Assembly: GCA_030141605.1 (NCBI GenBank)
Contig: JAQGDQ010000038.1
Span: 868,001-932,000, forward strand
Length of the DNA: 64,000 nt
Direction of reading: 5' to 3'
Source of the DNA: Tubiluchus corallicola
Taxonomy: Eukaryota > Animalia > Priapulida
The first letter of the stretch is position 1; the number at the start of each line of letters is the position of its first letter. This document shows positions 45,385 through 60,348 of this stretch, piece by piece. The position numbers and the translations under genes were made by a program. Below the pieces are notes generated by a model. That model was not told the DNA's origin and made no database searches. It worked only from the letters and a program-made list of their open reading frames with translations.

Positions 45385-48300
45385 ACTGATTCGAGAAATA
45401 TTTCCAGATGTGTATAGAAAGCAAAAACTAGAACCAAGAAGCCAAGAAGCCATTTATTTTCTGCTTAAACTCGTGATTAAAGGCTGAAGTGCTTCAAGTT
45501 ACCTACTCATTAAACTGTCAGACTCATTGATGCAACATGTTTTAACATCGAAATATTAAGTACAGGATATATATAATTATGGTAAACAAGGATAACCTGG
45601 ATAAACTTTGAAATGCGTATACTCATATTTGTTCACTAATTACATTAAAAGAGTCCTAGACCTGCTGAGAAATTGGATTGGAAACCAGTTATTTTTAGTT
45701 GAACGTTTAGCTCTTCAATCTCCACCACTGGAACGCTTGTTTATTGCGTACAAGTCTACCGTAGTTATTAAAGACATTACAAATAAAAATATCATGTTGC
45801 GGGTGGATGTGCACTTTTTACAAACAATTTTCCCACTGTTAAAGTAATAACTGATTCCTAAACAAGCTCGGGATGAAGTTTTCCAATGAGGTTAGAACTC
45901 CGTGTATTTTCCATGCACTCCAATAAGCTTCAACATCTCTTTTGTAGAACCAACCCTTTATGTCAAGCTGACTCTACAAAAAGTTGGTTTCGCGCAATCA
46001 CATTATCAAAGCAGATTTATGATACGGTTTTCAATTCTGTCGACGGGTTGTTCTGACAGGATTTATGCGCGCATCGTTACAAAACCCGCACTCTCTTTGA
46101 TACTGTGAAAATGAACAGCACTCTCAGTGAAAGTACCGCGGATAAAATAGAAAAAATGGTAACTATCTCGCGTTAAATAAATTCGTTGTGACAGAAATTT
46201 GTTAGCTTAGAGACATGAATTCGATTGCGCTTTGCCTATTTATTATCATTTCTCTGAGTAGATTGTCAGCGGGCTTCAATACTGATATCATATGAATTTA
46301 ATGATACATGACTGCCGCGAGCAACAACCTAAACACAATAGGAGAAGTAATAAAAGAACTCCCAGTCGCGTGCGAGATGCGACAACTGTACACTAATGCA
46401 TCGGCTACGAACAACGTCTAGCTTGAGTATTCAAACTGAATGTTGCTGTTTATAGTTTTCTGTTGTCTCCTTCCGCAACGATTAAATCTTGAGGTCACTT
46501 TTGTGATCTTGGGCCAAAAAAAACATTAGCATAAACTTGAGAAAATGTGTGTGTAGTTTTTCACAGAAATTGTAAAATTTGCTATATTGCGAAGAAAATT
46601 GTTTAGCCTTAAAATAGATTAAGGTTGGCGGCTGGCTGAAATCTCACGCGTAGAGTGGGTAGGTATCATCAAAAATATTTCATTTTAAGATTAATGCGCA
46701 GGCAAGTAATCTTACTAGAGGTCAAAGGTTATTTATTTCAAAACCATTGTGTATTTTCAAAACGGTATAAACTGCGCAAGTTGTTTGCATTGAATTCAGG
46801 CAGGAAATCAATCATTATAGCATCTGCTTTTCTTTAGTGATGTTATACTTGACCTTGGGTAACATTTCAACGTAAAATTTAAAGTGCCTGGGCCGGGGTC
46901 ATCAACGTTTTATGAAGATTATTACAAACGAGGTGTATAAACTTTTAAGCCAGTCTACAAAATTTAACTTCACAAAAAAGACTCGTTTCTTCAGAAGCGT
47001 TATACCAACCTCCATGAAACATTTTTTATCGTACACTGTTCCATCCGATGAAAGTGAACAATCTAGAACCTTGTCGTACGACCTCTTAGACTTTCAGCGC
47101 TCACCTATTATACAAACCGAAAGATATTTATGTATAGTTTTACGTTTTCCTAAACAGTTTCTGGTGCGTTAGATTTGGTTAGTATTAGTTTGTATTTAGT
47201 TCTATTTGTGTGCGCATTGATAATTTTTTTTCGAAACGATGACGTCATTTATATTGACGCCGCAACAAGTAGTGCGCTGGTCTGCAGATCGCACGGTTAC
47301 AAGTTCAAATTCTGAGAACTACTAGTTTGTCAGTGTTTTATTAATCATTAAACCCTACTAGCTTTGTGTTTCCCCCTGATGAAAAAATCAGAAAGATATA
47401 ATTGAAAATGATCAGATGATGTATATGTACTTACAGTTGGTGCAACGTTTTTATTAACTGTATGATTTTTGCAAGACTATTTGCTTCTAAAATTCCAGAG
47501 TAATAGTGTAACCTTCTCCAATCTATCCTTATCCCCCACTCTCCCCTTTTAACTTTTCGCTTTTTGTTAAGGCAACGTTATCTGAAACGTATGTTAGGTA
47601 CTAATTCGAAACCAATTTGTATCGTTTATAGCAATATGATTACGATCGGTTTGGATTAGTGATTCGAACCACTGTATTTTTATTGCAAAGTCCCAGTTAT
47701 TATTATTATTATTATACTACAAGACATGCTGTGATATTGTAAAGAGAGTTACTAGTTGAATAACTTCAAATCTATAGATTTTTATGAAATATTTTTGTTT
47801 GCATTTGTTAAATGAATGACCTGTAGAAATGCAATTGTATTTATATTCATTTATTAAAATTCTATCGTAAAACGCGTACAATTCTTGTATTAAAATGGGC
47901 AATATATATATATATATATATAAAAGATAAAATACGATATTAAAAACTAGCAATAACTTTAAACATATTTACAAGAGAGAATTAATTTGTAGGTAAATAA
48001 TTTAAAACACGTTAATATAAAAAATGAAAGTTTATAGACAAATGTAAAATTAATTGCACTACCATGAAAGTCCTTCTCATATTCGCTTCATACAAATTCT
48101 TAATCACAGTAATTGATTCAGATTAGTAATTTTGCACACTGTTCACAAAGTTACGAATGGTTACAGATTTGAGGAGAAAATTCATATTACTCTTTAGATA
48201 ATGCCATCTTGAACAAAAGAACCCATTTCTCTATGCTAGATTGTTTGCTTTTCATTATAAATCTGCTCCGCATTATTCTCACTTGATTTTAATTATCAGT

Positions 48301-48785
48301 AGTAAGCAATCTTCTTTAATTACTCATCAGAAGATCTTAATTAACCATTTATTTATAGCAATTAGAAAATGTATATTGGAATGGCTTCAACTGATTTGTT
48401 GTTTGTGTTTCTATGGGCTGTAAACTGCAAGAAGAAATAAATTCAGATAAAAATCTGCTAACATGACTATGTTTATCATGCCATTTTACCTGGTCATTGT
48501 GATAATTCATGTCAATTCAAGTCATTCGAGTCAATAAAACTGTGATTTTTGTTATTATTACACTCATGTTTGATTGACCCAGATGTATGGTGCACGCAAC
48601 TAATGATTTATTTGATTCTGTCTGGACCAATGCAGTTTACGCATTTGAGACTGACAGTTCGCCCTAAATCTCACATATTAGCTTCTCTCTCTAGCCCTTA
48701 AAGTAACCCCAGCTTTTTAAGCATATTACTGTGGTGATAAGCTAACGCCCAGTTCAAAATGATGCGCTTCAATTGAATTCGTTGC

Positions 48786-49007
48786 AACAGATCCAGCTAC
48801 TGGATATCACGAAGTTATAATATAGCCTGCTACTGGACATCATGGGGTTACCGTACCACTTGATATCACGAGGTTACAACAGACCCTGCTACTGGATATC
48901 ACGGGGTTACAACAGATCCAGCTACTGGATATCAGAGGTTACAATAGACCCTGCTACTGGATGCCATGGGGTTACAAACGACCCTCCTACCGGACATCAC
49001 GGGGTTT
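48786..49007. repeat. ~33-bp minisatellite, ~7 copies
   Basis: Consensus caacagaccctgctactggatatcacggggtta. Confidence 0.85.
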
Positions 49008-49569
49008 CCTGTAAACCACGTAAAACTCATTATGTGTATATTTTGCGCGGAAGCCAGCGAGTACATCATCAAATTACGTCCTAATGATTACCGCTCCAGC
49101 GTGATGTTAAACTGCAATAGATTCGTGTACACAATAATAGTTTGATAGAGTAGATTTGCTAATCATTAACGCCAAAATGAGCTCCTTGATAGCTTGGGCT
49201 GACAAGTGTACTGCCTCCAGCAAGTTTAATTCCTCGTCGTTGCTTTAACACGGACGAGTTTGACAGTCTCTTCGTGATATGGATGATTGAATGCCCTGAA
49301 ACAAAAACCAGAGAGGAAAATGATGTAACACAGCGATCACGAACGTGGTAGTAGAGCTTAGTGTGGTACCGACATCGGCAATTCAAATGGTTACGATATT
49401 GACGACAATGATGAAACGATGGTGAGATGACGACAATTACGATGATAAGGAACGTGGTGGTGGTCGTCTTTGGTAGCCATGGTGATAGCGATGGTGGTGA
49501 TGCTAGTGGCAGCAGAGGTGTTGCTGGCCTTTTGGCAGTGTTATTCCTGCTGCTGTTGCTGTTTTTGTA

Positions 49570-49790
<221 letters not shown>

Positions 49791-50869
49791 GCGATAATGG
49801 TGATGCTATCAAATTAGTACAGAAAGAGGAAAACTTTTAGTGTAATAAATGGGTGCTAGAAAAGAACATTCCTCAAAAATAATTGCAAACTATAAGTAAT
49901 ATCTTTACACACATAATAGCAAATCCAATGTTAAACTTGCGCCTTTTTTCAGAGATGATTATCTTTCGTCGCTTGTCACTTTGTGTTACTCTGGACAATC
50001 AGATAATCGATGAAAATCTCGTTTTCTTAGCCCCGGATTCGTTAATGAAATTCCAAGAGTTGCCAGTAGGATGATACCCACAGCTACGTTGTCTGACAAA
50101 CTAACGAGGCCCCTGACAGTCATCAATTGTAAAGTATACAACATAATCAAATCTGCAGTAAGCGTTTGACTTGCGTCGACAATTGTGTTCTCTCAAGTAG
50201 TCCCGAGAATACTCGGGATTTTACAACCTAAAATAGCTATGCTCGTAATTTTCTTTACGTGGAGAAACATATTCTCTAGCCATTCAGTTTGCATTTATAT
50301 GTGAAACATTCCACAATTAAAACAAGAAACACAACATTTCAAAACACTGCTATGGTTTATTATCAGGTAAAGAAAAGAAAATAGGGAGAAAACACAAAAT
50401 TACTATTTATATTTTTGCAGTTTTTTAAATCTTATTTACACATGAAATTCGCAAAGTGCCTGTATGACTCAAGTCTCATTTTATTTTAGGCTAAATCAAA
50501 ACCACTTTTAGCCAAAAAATGAGATGTCTTTCTAAGAACACCATGCATGTGGAACGGTACAAATCAAAACAGCAGCACAATAAGTGTCAGAATGGTCATC
50601 AAATGGAAAATATACAATTAAATTTGAATACACTTGAATTTAAGAAGTCAATAAGTAATTTATAGACATATACCGTGCTTGCAGTTTTTGTGTAAGGTTT
50701 CATTTTGTTACAATAAAAGTTTTGTTGATACAGTTTTATGTAATTTTATGGAATTTATCTAGATTCAGCTTCGTTTTCATATTATATAGTATTATTTTAG
50801 GTGGTAAGGGTTAACGCTCTTGGTTTTTAAATACGACTCAAAATAAATTTTACATTATTTTAAGTAATT

Positions 50870-51120
50870 AGAACCATAAATAGTAATGAGAAACTTCTTT
50901 CTAAATTATAGTAAAAGATTTATTTTCACAGTTGCTTTTAAACTGTTTCACTGAGTTTGTGGTTACATTTCTCCAAATTTTTATCTTGTAAGTAATGCAT
51001 CGTGTGTCTTTTGACTTTTTTCCACTTTTATTGTTCCATTTACACCTTGCATTCAGTTTTACTACTATGGTGTGATTTCTTTAATGAAACCATTATTTAT
51101 GTTATTTATTTATTATTACA
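50870..51120 (+). mobile_element. 3' end fragment of the same LINE family as 180-830
   Basis: cacagttgcttttaaactgtttcactgagtttgtggttacatttctccaaatttt matches 736-790. Confidence 0.55.
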
Positions 51121-51499
51121 TTACGTTAGATCAAATCAGTCTTGAACAAACATTGTTTTAATTATTACAAAGTTACTGCAAACTTATTTGCTTTGCCATC
51201 ATATGGAATTTTTGGATTTTACCTAAAACCACCTTCTCTTCACTCATAATTGATGCTGACTACAACAGTCAGTCAAAGAAACTGTAAGAACTAAACTGCG
51301 TTCGTTTCAATGCATCAAACGTCTCTTGCACGTGGCAGACCCTATTTACAGTTGTCAATGTTAGTGGAAGGAAATTGAAAGCCAAAATTACCGCAAATTG
51401 GCAAAATAACTAGCCAGTAAAAATCGTGACCCAATTATTCATCTTTAAAACGTTAGTAAGACACAAGAATGTTGAAAGAACTAATACTTGGATTTCATC

Positions 51500-51865
51500 A
51501 TTCATGTTTGTTTTCTCTCTTCTTTTTCTCCTCATGTTTCCTCCCTCTTTTTGTATTCTTCGTTTTTCCTTCTTCTACAAATCGTTTTGTTTTTGTCTCG
51601 TTGCTTTTTCCTTCTTGTTTTACTTCTTTTTGTCTTTTTTTCTTTTTTCCTATAATATTTCTTTGTTTTGTCCCTGCTTTTTTACATTTTTTCTTCTTCA
51701 TCCTTTCTTCCTTGTCTTTGTGCCGTTCCTTAATTCTTTCTTTCCATTTTCTTCTTTCTCTTTCATTCTTCCTTTTTCCTTCGTTTTCATTTCTTTTTTC
51801 TTCTGCTTTCCTTCTTGTTCTTTCTATCTCTTTCTCTTTCGTTTTCTTTTTTCTTTCTTTCTTCG
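51500..51865. repeat. Low-complexity polypyrimidine tract
   Basis: About 360 nt that are overwhelmingly T/C. Confidence 0.85.
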
Positions 51866-52971
51866 ACACTATGATTATCACATCACAAGCACTTTTTGTC
51901 GAGATCACTTTCACACCCAATACAGTACACATATTTTAAGAAGAATGATCATAGAATATGCAGATGTTGAATCATACATGAAGTTAGCAGGATGAAATTA
52001 TCTAGGAAATACAAAGTGTTTCGAAAGTCCTTTGCAGCTAATTGACCAACGACGTCTATTTTGTGTTTATTTTACTCTTACTCAGTAGTTGGAAGTTTTT
52101 TTAAATTGGGAAGTAGTTTTTCTACATTCGCAGTTTTGCGCCGTTTTCTTTTGCTACTATTTTGACTGTAGGACACAGGTGTAAAACGCGGTAAGTCATA
52201 GAAGAAAAAACAAGGTATACAGATCCAAATTAAAATCGCTACACTAGGCTTATGAAGACAAAACTGGCGCCACGAAAATTGTCATTAATAGCAGTCTCAA
52301 CTGACAATTTTTTTATTTGATTGCCGTTATACACTTAAAAAATCATGTGTAACTTTTTAAACACCCCATAGTGTGACGATGATCATTTGTTCGACTTTCT
52401 TAGAAGTCACTGTTACTATCATTTAGTTTAACTAGCGTACTTAATCTCTTTATATTCATACCTGTGATTGAATGAACCAGTGCACGGAGTCTGAAATAAA
52501 TAAATAAAATAACTAAAAAACCGTATCATTAACATGACGTTAAAATAGTGTTAAATTACGCGATTTGCACAATTATTGATGGATGCTATAACAATAATAA
52601 CAATAGACGCTTTACTTCACAAACATAAACAGAGGTATAGTTAACAAATCACAAACATTCACTATAGCTGTCATAGAAATTAGGATCCTAATTGAACGAA
52701 TGACGTTTACTACAATGGCAAAATAACATGTCGACTTGTCAGTTAACCAACCGGCAGTGAGTACAACTGGGATTTCTCTACTTATTACTTGTTTATTAAT
52801 AGAGTCGTCATCACCATCATCATCAGCAATAACATCATTCTTCCTTTTTATTTTTCTTCTTTTTCACCACCACTACCGTTACCTGCTGTACAAACATAAT
52901 GTATTTGTATCAAATGGAATAAGATACAGAACACAAACTAGAATAACGAGAAGGGAGAAGTAGATTGCTGA

Positions 52972-53274
<303 letters not shown>

Positions 53275-53309
53275 TGACGTCTTAAATGCGTAATAATTTG
53301 AAAATGACA

Positions 53310-53800
<491 letters not shown>

Positions 53801-55857
53801 AAACATTACAAAATATATTACAAACATAACAAAACTTTTCTGTGTTGTGGTGAAGTGCATAGTTAAATAGGAAAATACAGTAATTCTTAATGACTAGATT
53901 AAAACAAAAGAAAACTCGTGAAAGAAAAGACACAATGTTTCAAACCACCTCTGTGAATTATCTTTGGTTGAAGAGAGAAAAGATGAGAAGAAAGAACACA
54001 AAAGCAAAATGTATATCCATCCTGGGTACGGGCGGAGGGCAACCAAAATAATGTTTCTGCTTCATATGTATCTGTTACGAACAAGCCTAAGCGTCTGTTG
54101 TCGAATAATCATCGCTTCCGAATCGAGGCTTATAAAGAAGATAGATCAGACATCCCCTCACTCGCAGATGATGCTTCAGACATCCGAACATCAGAGCAAT
54201 CCCTTCATAGAAGTCACATGTAAAAAACGAAAAAAAACATAGAATAGAAAAGTACTAAACAATTAGTAACCGGGTCAACTAGCGATGCCTCTTCGTAGAG
54301 TATTCATAATTCGTCTTGAACGTAGCACTACAACGGATGGCGTTAACCGCTACGTCAAGAATGTCTGTGGCATAGATAGAGAAGTAGAACGCTTACAAAT
54401 GAAGTACGATTCTTACTCCTCTTTCGTCCTAAGCTGTCATGGAGAAGAAAGAGAATTAATCATGGCAAGTGAACTATGGCCTCTGGGGACGAGGGTGAAA
54501 CCTTTCTATTCTAAAGCAGTCGGAAAATCGGGTGTGAAATCGACAACCAATCAGATAGGTGGCAAGAAAAAACCAGCCAAGCTGAAAATTGTCTTCCTAA
54601 GAAGACTGACCTCGTCTAAATCAATGAGTGAACATGGCGAACAGCACTAATAATAATAACTTTCTTAATATCGTCAGTTACAATTGCTGTTCAGTACGAA
54701 ATGCTGAATCTGTTAAAGCAATCCGAACGTTATATGAGACACATAGTATCATCTTATTGCAAGAATTGATAATTGCTAGACAAGAACTACATTTACTAAA
54801 CACGCTTCGTCCACGTTTCCACTTCAGAGTGGTCTCTACATGCCAGTTTGCATCACTTTGGATACTAGTAGCATGATTTGTAGTCATGTAGGAGAAGCCA
54901 TTGTAACAGCTGAAAACGCCACCCACAAAACAGAAGTAACTGACTGCAATTTGGTAAAGCCAAAAATGATGATATAAATAACTACAACATGTTAGACCAT
55001 CTGTATTTATCCGCGATACAGAGCCATATAGAGCTATGTGTGACAATATTAGTTGTCAGCACTCTGATCATCTAACATGTCTGCATGATGATGATGCAGC
55101 TCAGTCAGTCCTCAGGAACAAAACAAATCACCAGCTGGAATGACTTAGTGGAGGATAAGTAGGAGCTATCCAAACATGTCTTTCATCTGTAGGTCAATAA
55201 TGGAAGACCTTGACATGGTGTCCTGGTCGATGATATGCGACGCACAAGGGCCAATTTTAGACGAGCTTTGCGACAATATAAACAGTAGCCAGAAACAATT
55301 AAAGCTGATAACTTGTTCTCAGTGCAATGGGCTCTAATGTCTTTAAATTTTGGAACAATGTTAAAAAACAATGTAACTCCAGAGTTTCACTCAGTATAAA
55401 ATAAATAACGCAACTGGTCAACATGAGATTTGTAATATGGGGTATAACTATTTTAAAACACTGCTAAACAGTGCTGACACTCTTCATCGGCGGAAAAACT
55501 TAAAAGCAATTTTAACAAGTATATCGTATTTTAACAAGTAACCCGTATATCAGCTCAGGAGGTCCAGATAAGCATTAAATCTTTTTTTCTTGGCTTGTGT
55601 CACCCACGCTTTCTTCCTTGACCGCATCATACAAATGGTTCTTGTTCCTTTGGTTAAAGATAAAAACGGGAACTTAACTAACGCCAATAATTACCTACCC
55701 ATTACGCCCTCAATTATATCAAGTAAGATTTTAGAAATGGCTTTGCTGCAACGCTATGAAAAGTTTTTTTCCAAACACTGACTCGCAATTTAGGTATAAT
55801 AAGAATCATGGCATAGACATGCACATATAAGATCTTGAAGAAATAATAAACTTATAT

Positions 55858-58670
55858 CAAGGACTACTATACAACAGGACGTGCACGGTCAGATCTCTGA
55901 CTCGGCTAGCGGAGGCGATCTATTTTTAACATTTAGTGCTAATAATTTGGAATTACGAATAATAATTACGAATTCGAACGTGAATGTGTGGGGCACTGTA
56001 AGACCTCCCATAGACAATTCTTCAATGAACATTTTCATTTCCTCAGAAAGGAGAGGCTCATCCTCGGGAAAAGAAATGTCATTTTGGCACTTACTCTCCA
56101 ACCAACCTGCGACATATGCACACGCGTTCAGTTCAGTTTTGGAAAGAGTCTCGTCAACACAAATCTCCATAATTTTGGTATCCTCGAAATCAATCCCATT
56201 GCATGTGTGCAACTGGATTTCGGATGATGTGTCTGTGTCCACAAACTCCAGGAATGATGCAGAAACGCGCCAGTCTCCGCCTAGAATGCTGAACAGACAT
56301 CTCCAGCTTGCATGAATGCATTGCCCCCCCCCCCTTGACTGCCTGTAAACTGAGAACTCACCCTCTATTCTGTCACTCTGAAGTTCACGCAATAATACGT
56401 AGTGAAATCCAACAGAAAACAAGTGCCTACAGATAGCGAGGTCTGAATCAAATCTTTTCGCGTATCATGTGTCAGGCATTCAATTCTATTTGGTCCGTGT
56501 CCTGATTCGGTTTGCTTAAACAGAGTCAACAACGACTGAAGAGTATCAGATGTATCTTGTTGAACAGATCGATCAGGGTCTCTCATCCTCGTGTCTTGAC
56601 CTCTGGCAGAAACATTTACCACATTCCACCAGCGTAGCACTTGCTGAATGAATTCTGCAGTGTCCTGGGCTCCTCGAAGTCTCAGCGATGCAACGACACG
56701 ATCGTTGAACACCCTCAGGACATGTTGCGCATTCTGGAGCTGAAGTTTCGATGGGAAGACTGCAGAATATGTCAAAGGTGTTGACTTCAGCACATTGTCT
56801 TTCTCAGCTTTGTAAAGACTTTTTACTTCAGGAAATGAGCCAACAGTTTTCTTGTCAAACGATAATCTCTGACACTTCTCCGTGATCCAGTTGTTCCTGA
56901 TACATTTCAGAATGTGGACGGTATCATACAACAGGAACCACACTCGTGTATATTCCAGGGGATGTTCAGCCTCCCAGTCTGTTCGTCTGGTAAACAATTT
57001 GCAGTATTGTTGGTTGATCTTGTGGTTGTCCGTCATGGACCCTAAACAGTTCCTCCCGAATTCTCAACCACTGTAGCAGCCCCCTTCACGACAGAGAATT
57101 GATATGCAGCAGACAGCTTGTGAACGGGGGTCACTGATATCATCACGCTGGGGCCACTATGTAGACATTTAGCCATCACACATAGCATTGATGTAGCTTT
57201 ACTGTCTGGCTCATTTTTTGCCATGCCATTTAGCACACCCCCTGAAAAAGCCACTGTTGGGCGTATTTTCACTTCATCCACCAATAGCATACAGTGTTTC
57301 TGCTCAGAGCTTTTTACTTTCTGAAATGTTTTACCTAGCACCTTGTCAATATCTGTCGATGAAATAACTGACTGCAGCTTTCTTTTGCTGGGTAACACTA
57401 AAAAGTCACCCAGTTGTTCGTAATTGCAATGGGGAAATGACTCTATTGCAAAGCAATAATCAGACACTGTGAAAGTCTTATCACATAATAGTCGAAGCTG
57501 TCGTGTTAGAAATTTGAGCTTCTTGGCTTTAGCATTAGGAGATTGTTCTCGATTTTGAGCTAGTTCAAGTTCAAGAGACTTTGTCACTTTGTTGACAATA
57601 TCATCAACATGATGAATGTGGTTGACAACAGAATTCACAACCGCGAAAAATTGTGAGTAAGAGGACAGCCCATTGTTCGGACTGAGGATTTTACTTAATG
57701 GCACACGATCCCGTTTTTGAAAGCATACAGAGTAAGAGGGGAACGCAAGGTAGGCTTATTGTGAACAATAATTGACATATAACATTGACTGTGGCCCTCT
57801 TCCATGAACATGCACACAAATTTGTCTTGTGTGCGAGATATAATGAGGTTCTGATACGTCTTATGCAGGTCTTTCTCAGGAGTGAATTCATTGAAAGAAG
57901 TTATTTTATCCTTTTTAAAGAAATAATTCAGCCGCTGGTCCTCAGTTTTTGGAGGGCGAGGTGGTGGCTTTGGAGTGGGCAAGCATGATGTTGGAACGTT
58001 GAAAATACTGGGTGGATCCACCGGCCTGGTGTGACCACCTGGAATTTTGACCATTTGAGTATCCGATGGCCAATGTTTTTCGCAAATTGAAAAATTTCGA
58101 TGGATCAACAACAAAGCCTTCGCGTGGGGGAAGAACACTTAGCCATTTCTGTTTTTCTACATGATCTCTTGGCAGTCTGAACACACGACACTTGTTCTCC
58201 GTGTCATAGTTACCTTTGCATTTCACAACACCACACTTGTTAGGCATGCTGCTGAGCACAGATGTATAAAATCCACGAGGAATTTTGAAAATAATCCCCA
58301 AAGAAACAAACACAAGCACGAAAACAACGCTTCACTTGACTTTGAACAGTGACACATTAACAATGACAAAGCACTACTTCCGGTAAAACACACTTACGCC
58401 TAAAGTAGTGCGCTATTTAAGAAGTAAAAATGAACACTAATTTCCTTTGATACATAAAATAAACAATTGGTACTTTTCTCCCGTAATGTAAAGAACCAAT
58501 TAAATGAAAAATAATACTCGCTATCTACCGATCCGTCCATTCTTTAATTTCCAAGATCACTACTCTCTAAAGCGCACTATTTCTAGATTACGTTGATTAC
58601 AAGTATTGACCGCCTCCGCTAGCCGAGTCAGAGATCTAACTGTGCACGTCCTGTTGTATAGTAGTCCTTG
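55858..58670 (-). mobile_element. P-element superfamily (THAP/THAP9-like) DNA transposon, 2813 bp
   Basis: 63-bp TIRs (CAAGGACTACTATACAACAGGACGTGCAC...) at 55858-55920 and 58608-58670 with 3 mismatches. Perfect 8-bp TSD ACTTATAT at 55850-55857 and 58671-58678. Encodes a THAP plus P-type transposase. Confidence 0.95.
55889..58247 (-). pseudogene. Frameshifted THAP-domain P-element transposase
   Basis: ATG at 58247: MPNKCGVVKC...KWL...CEKHW...PPSIF (C2CH THAP finger). Then LLVDEVKIR (1st catalytic D), MTDNHKINQ (2nd D), YDTVHILKCIRNNW (DxxH-LK-IRN), ELQSDRIEGEFSVYRQSRGG (catalytic E), AYVAGWL and GGLTVP. Spread over 5 ORF fragments in different frames. Confidence 0.9.
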
Positions 58671-59508
58671 ACTTATATAAATTTAAGAACAGATGTACAC
58701 ACATATGTTTTATAGATGTCTCAAAGGTGTTCGATCGTGTGAATTTCTGCATTTATTTGATAAACTCATCAAAACTACTCAGCTGCCTGTCATTATTGTA
58801 AGGTTACTCTACGAGTAGTGCATGGCTGTGAGATGAGGTGAACTTTACGGCATCAAATGGGCTCAGGCAAGGAAATGCCCCCCTCCAAAAAAACTTTTTA
58901 ACACTTATTTTTGTGAACTGACTATAAATTTAACTAATTCTAAAACAAGATGTACCATAGGAGGCGTTTATTGCAATCACCTGCTCTGTGCAGGTGCACG
59001 TTTGTTGGCTCAGCCCACTTCGGGACTTCAGTAGCTTATAAATGTTTATTGTGACTTTGCAATTAAACATGAAATTATTTTGAACACGAATAAAACTAAA
59101 ATTTTACCCATAAAACCAGCTTGTATGAGACACTTAAAAACAGGTGAAGCTCATTTGAATAACGTACTTTTAAAATATGTGAAAGAAGAGAAATATCTTG
59201 GCCACATACTTTGATGATTATGAAAACAGAGATGGCCGTGATATAGATAGACAGCGTGCTTTGTTTTACATAAGGTCAAACAAATTGATAAGAATTTTTT
59301 TAAATGTAGCGCAAAAGTAGAAACATAGTTTTGTATCACATAGTTCTAATTTTTATTGTGCAGCTCTGTGGTACAATTTTTTTTATTATAATCAATCGCA
59401 TAAAAACTGCATGCAACAAAAGCATTCGCAAGTTATTTCAGCTAAAATATGACTGTTCTACAAGGAAAATGTGTGCTCAACTTAACATACCGTATTTTGA
59501 CACTATAA

Positions 59509-60348
59509 GGCCGCGTTTCCACTGCGTCCGCACAGACACAGATTTATTCTGTATGACTCACACGGAAAAAAATTGAAGGAACAGCACGCCTTTGAAAATC
59601 ATTGTTTTACGTCCTTGTCGTTTCCACAGCGTCCGCATGGAAAGCCACGTACTCGCACAGTTCCGCATTTCAATTGTTTAACCATTTTTTCTGCGGACGG
59701 ACAAGTTCATTTTTACGATGGAGAACAAACAAATTGCACCGCTGTAGATGTTTGTACGACAAAAGTAATCCCAAATACAGTCACAGAGATTTTACAAAGC
59801 AAGGTGGGTTCAAGTAGCCCTTGAAGTCAATAGTTAAATCAATAGTCAATATCTAGGTTTTGTTATAAAGTTAACGCTTCTGTAAATTTAGGTCTAATTT
59901 TGGGATTCTATGATCCACGCTTTTTTTTTAAATTTATAGTACATATTTACACACGCTATTGTAATAGAATATCGACTTTACCCTGAAAATTATGAGTTTC
60001 AAAACTTTGTTAACTATATAATAAAAGTGAAAACAATCGGTCCATTCAATTTCATTGGAAAGCAATATATATATATATATATGCAATTATGTCATTTACT
60101 TTGCTGCTGCCAGGACACTGAACCAAGGAGAAATAAAGTATTTCATGAAAGCTTGTCTAGTACTCAATTTGAATTCACTGTACGCTATCCAAATTTTTAT
60201 TGCTTTCTTATTCATAATTACAATTAGATATTAATTACATATAATATAGTACTATTATATAATAGGACCCAGCGGAAACAACTTTTGCGGACGCAAAATG
60301 TGCGGACAGAAAAGTCCGTGTCTGTGCGGACGCAGTGGAAACGCGGCC
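59509..60348. mobile_element. PIF/Harbinger-type MITE, 840 bp
   Basis: 31-bp perfect TIR GGCCGCGTTTCCACTGCGTCCGCACAGACAC at both ends. TAA TSD at 59506-59508 and 60349-60351. Removing it restores the LINE frame NIPYFDTI-IRKCIYSF. Confidence 0.92.

Noticed and set aside
46912-47172. ORF containing TVPSD, resembling the mGluR RVVPSD motif
   Set aside because: It lies out of order, downstream of the exon it should precede. The flanks do not match mGluR, and TRFFRSVIPTSM looks more like a LINE C-terminal remnant.
51426-51995. Phe-rich 189-aa ORF that looks like a membrane protein
   Set aside because: It is an artefact of a polypyrimidine low-complexity tract.
55881-56315. 144-aa + strand ORF inside the P element
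   Set aside because: It is an antisense shadow of the transposase frame with no recognisable domain.
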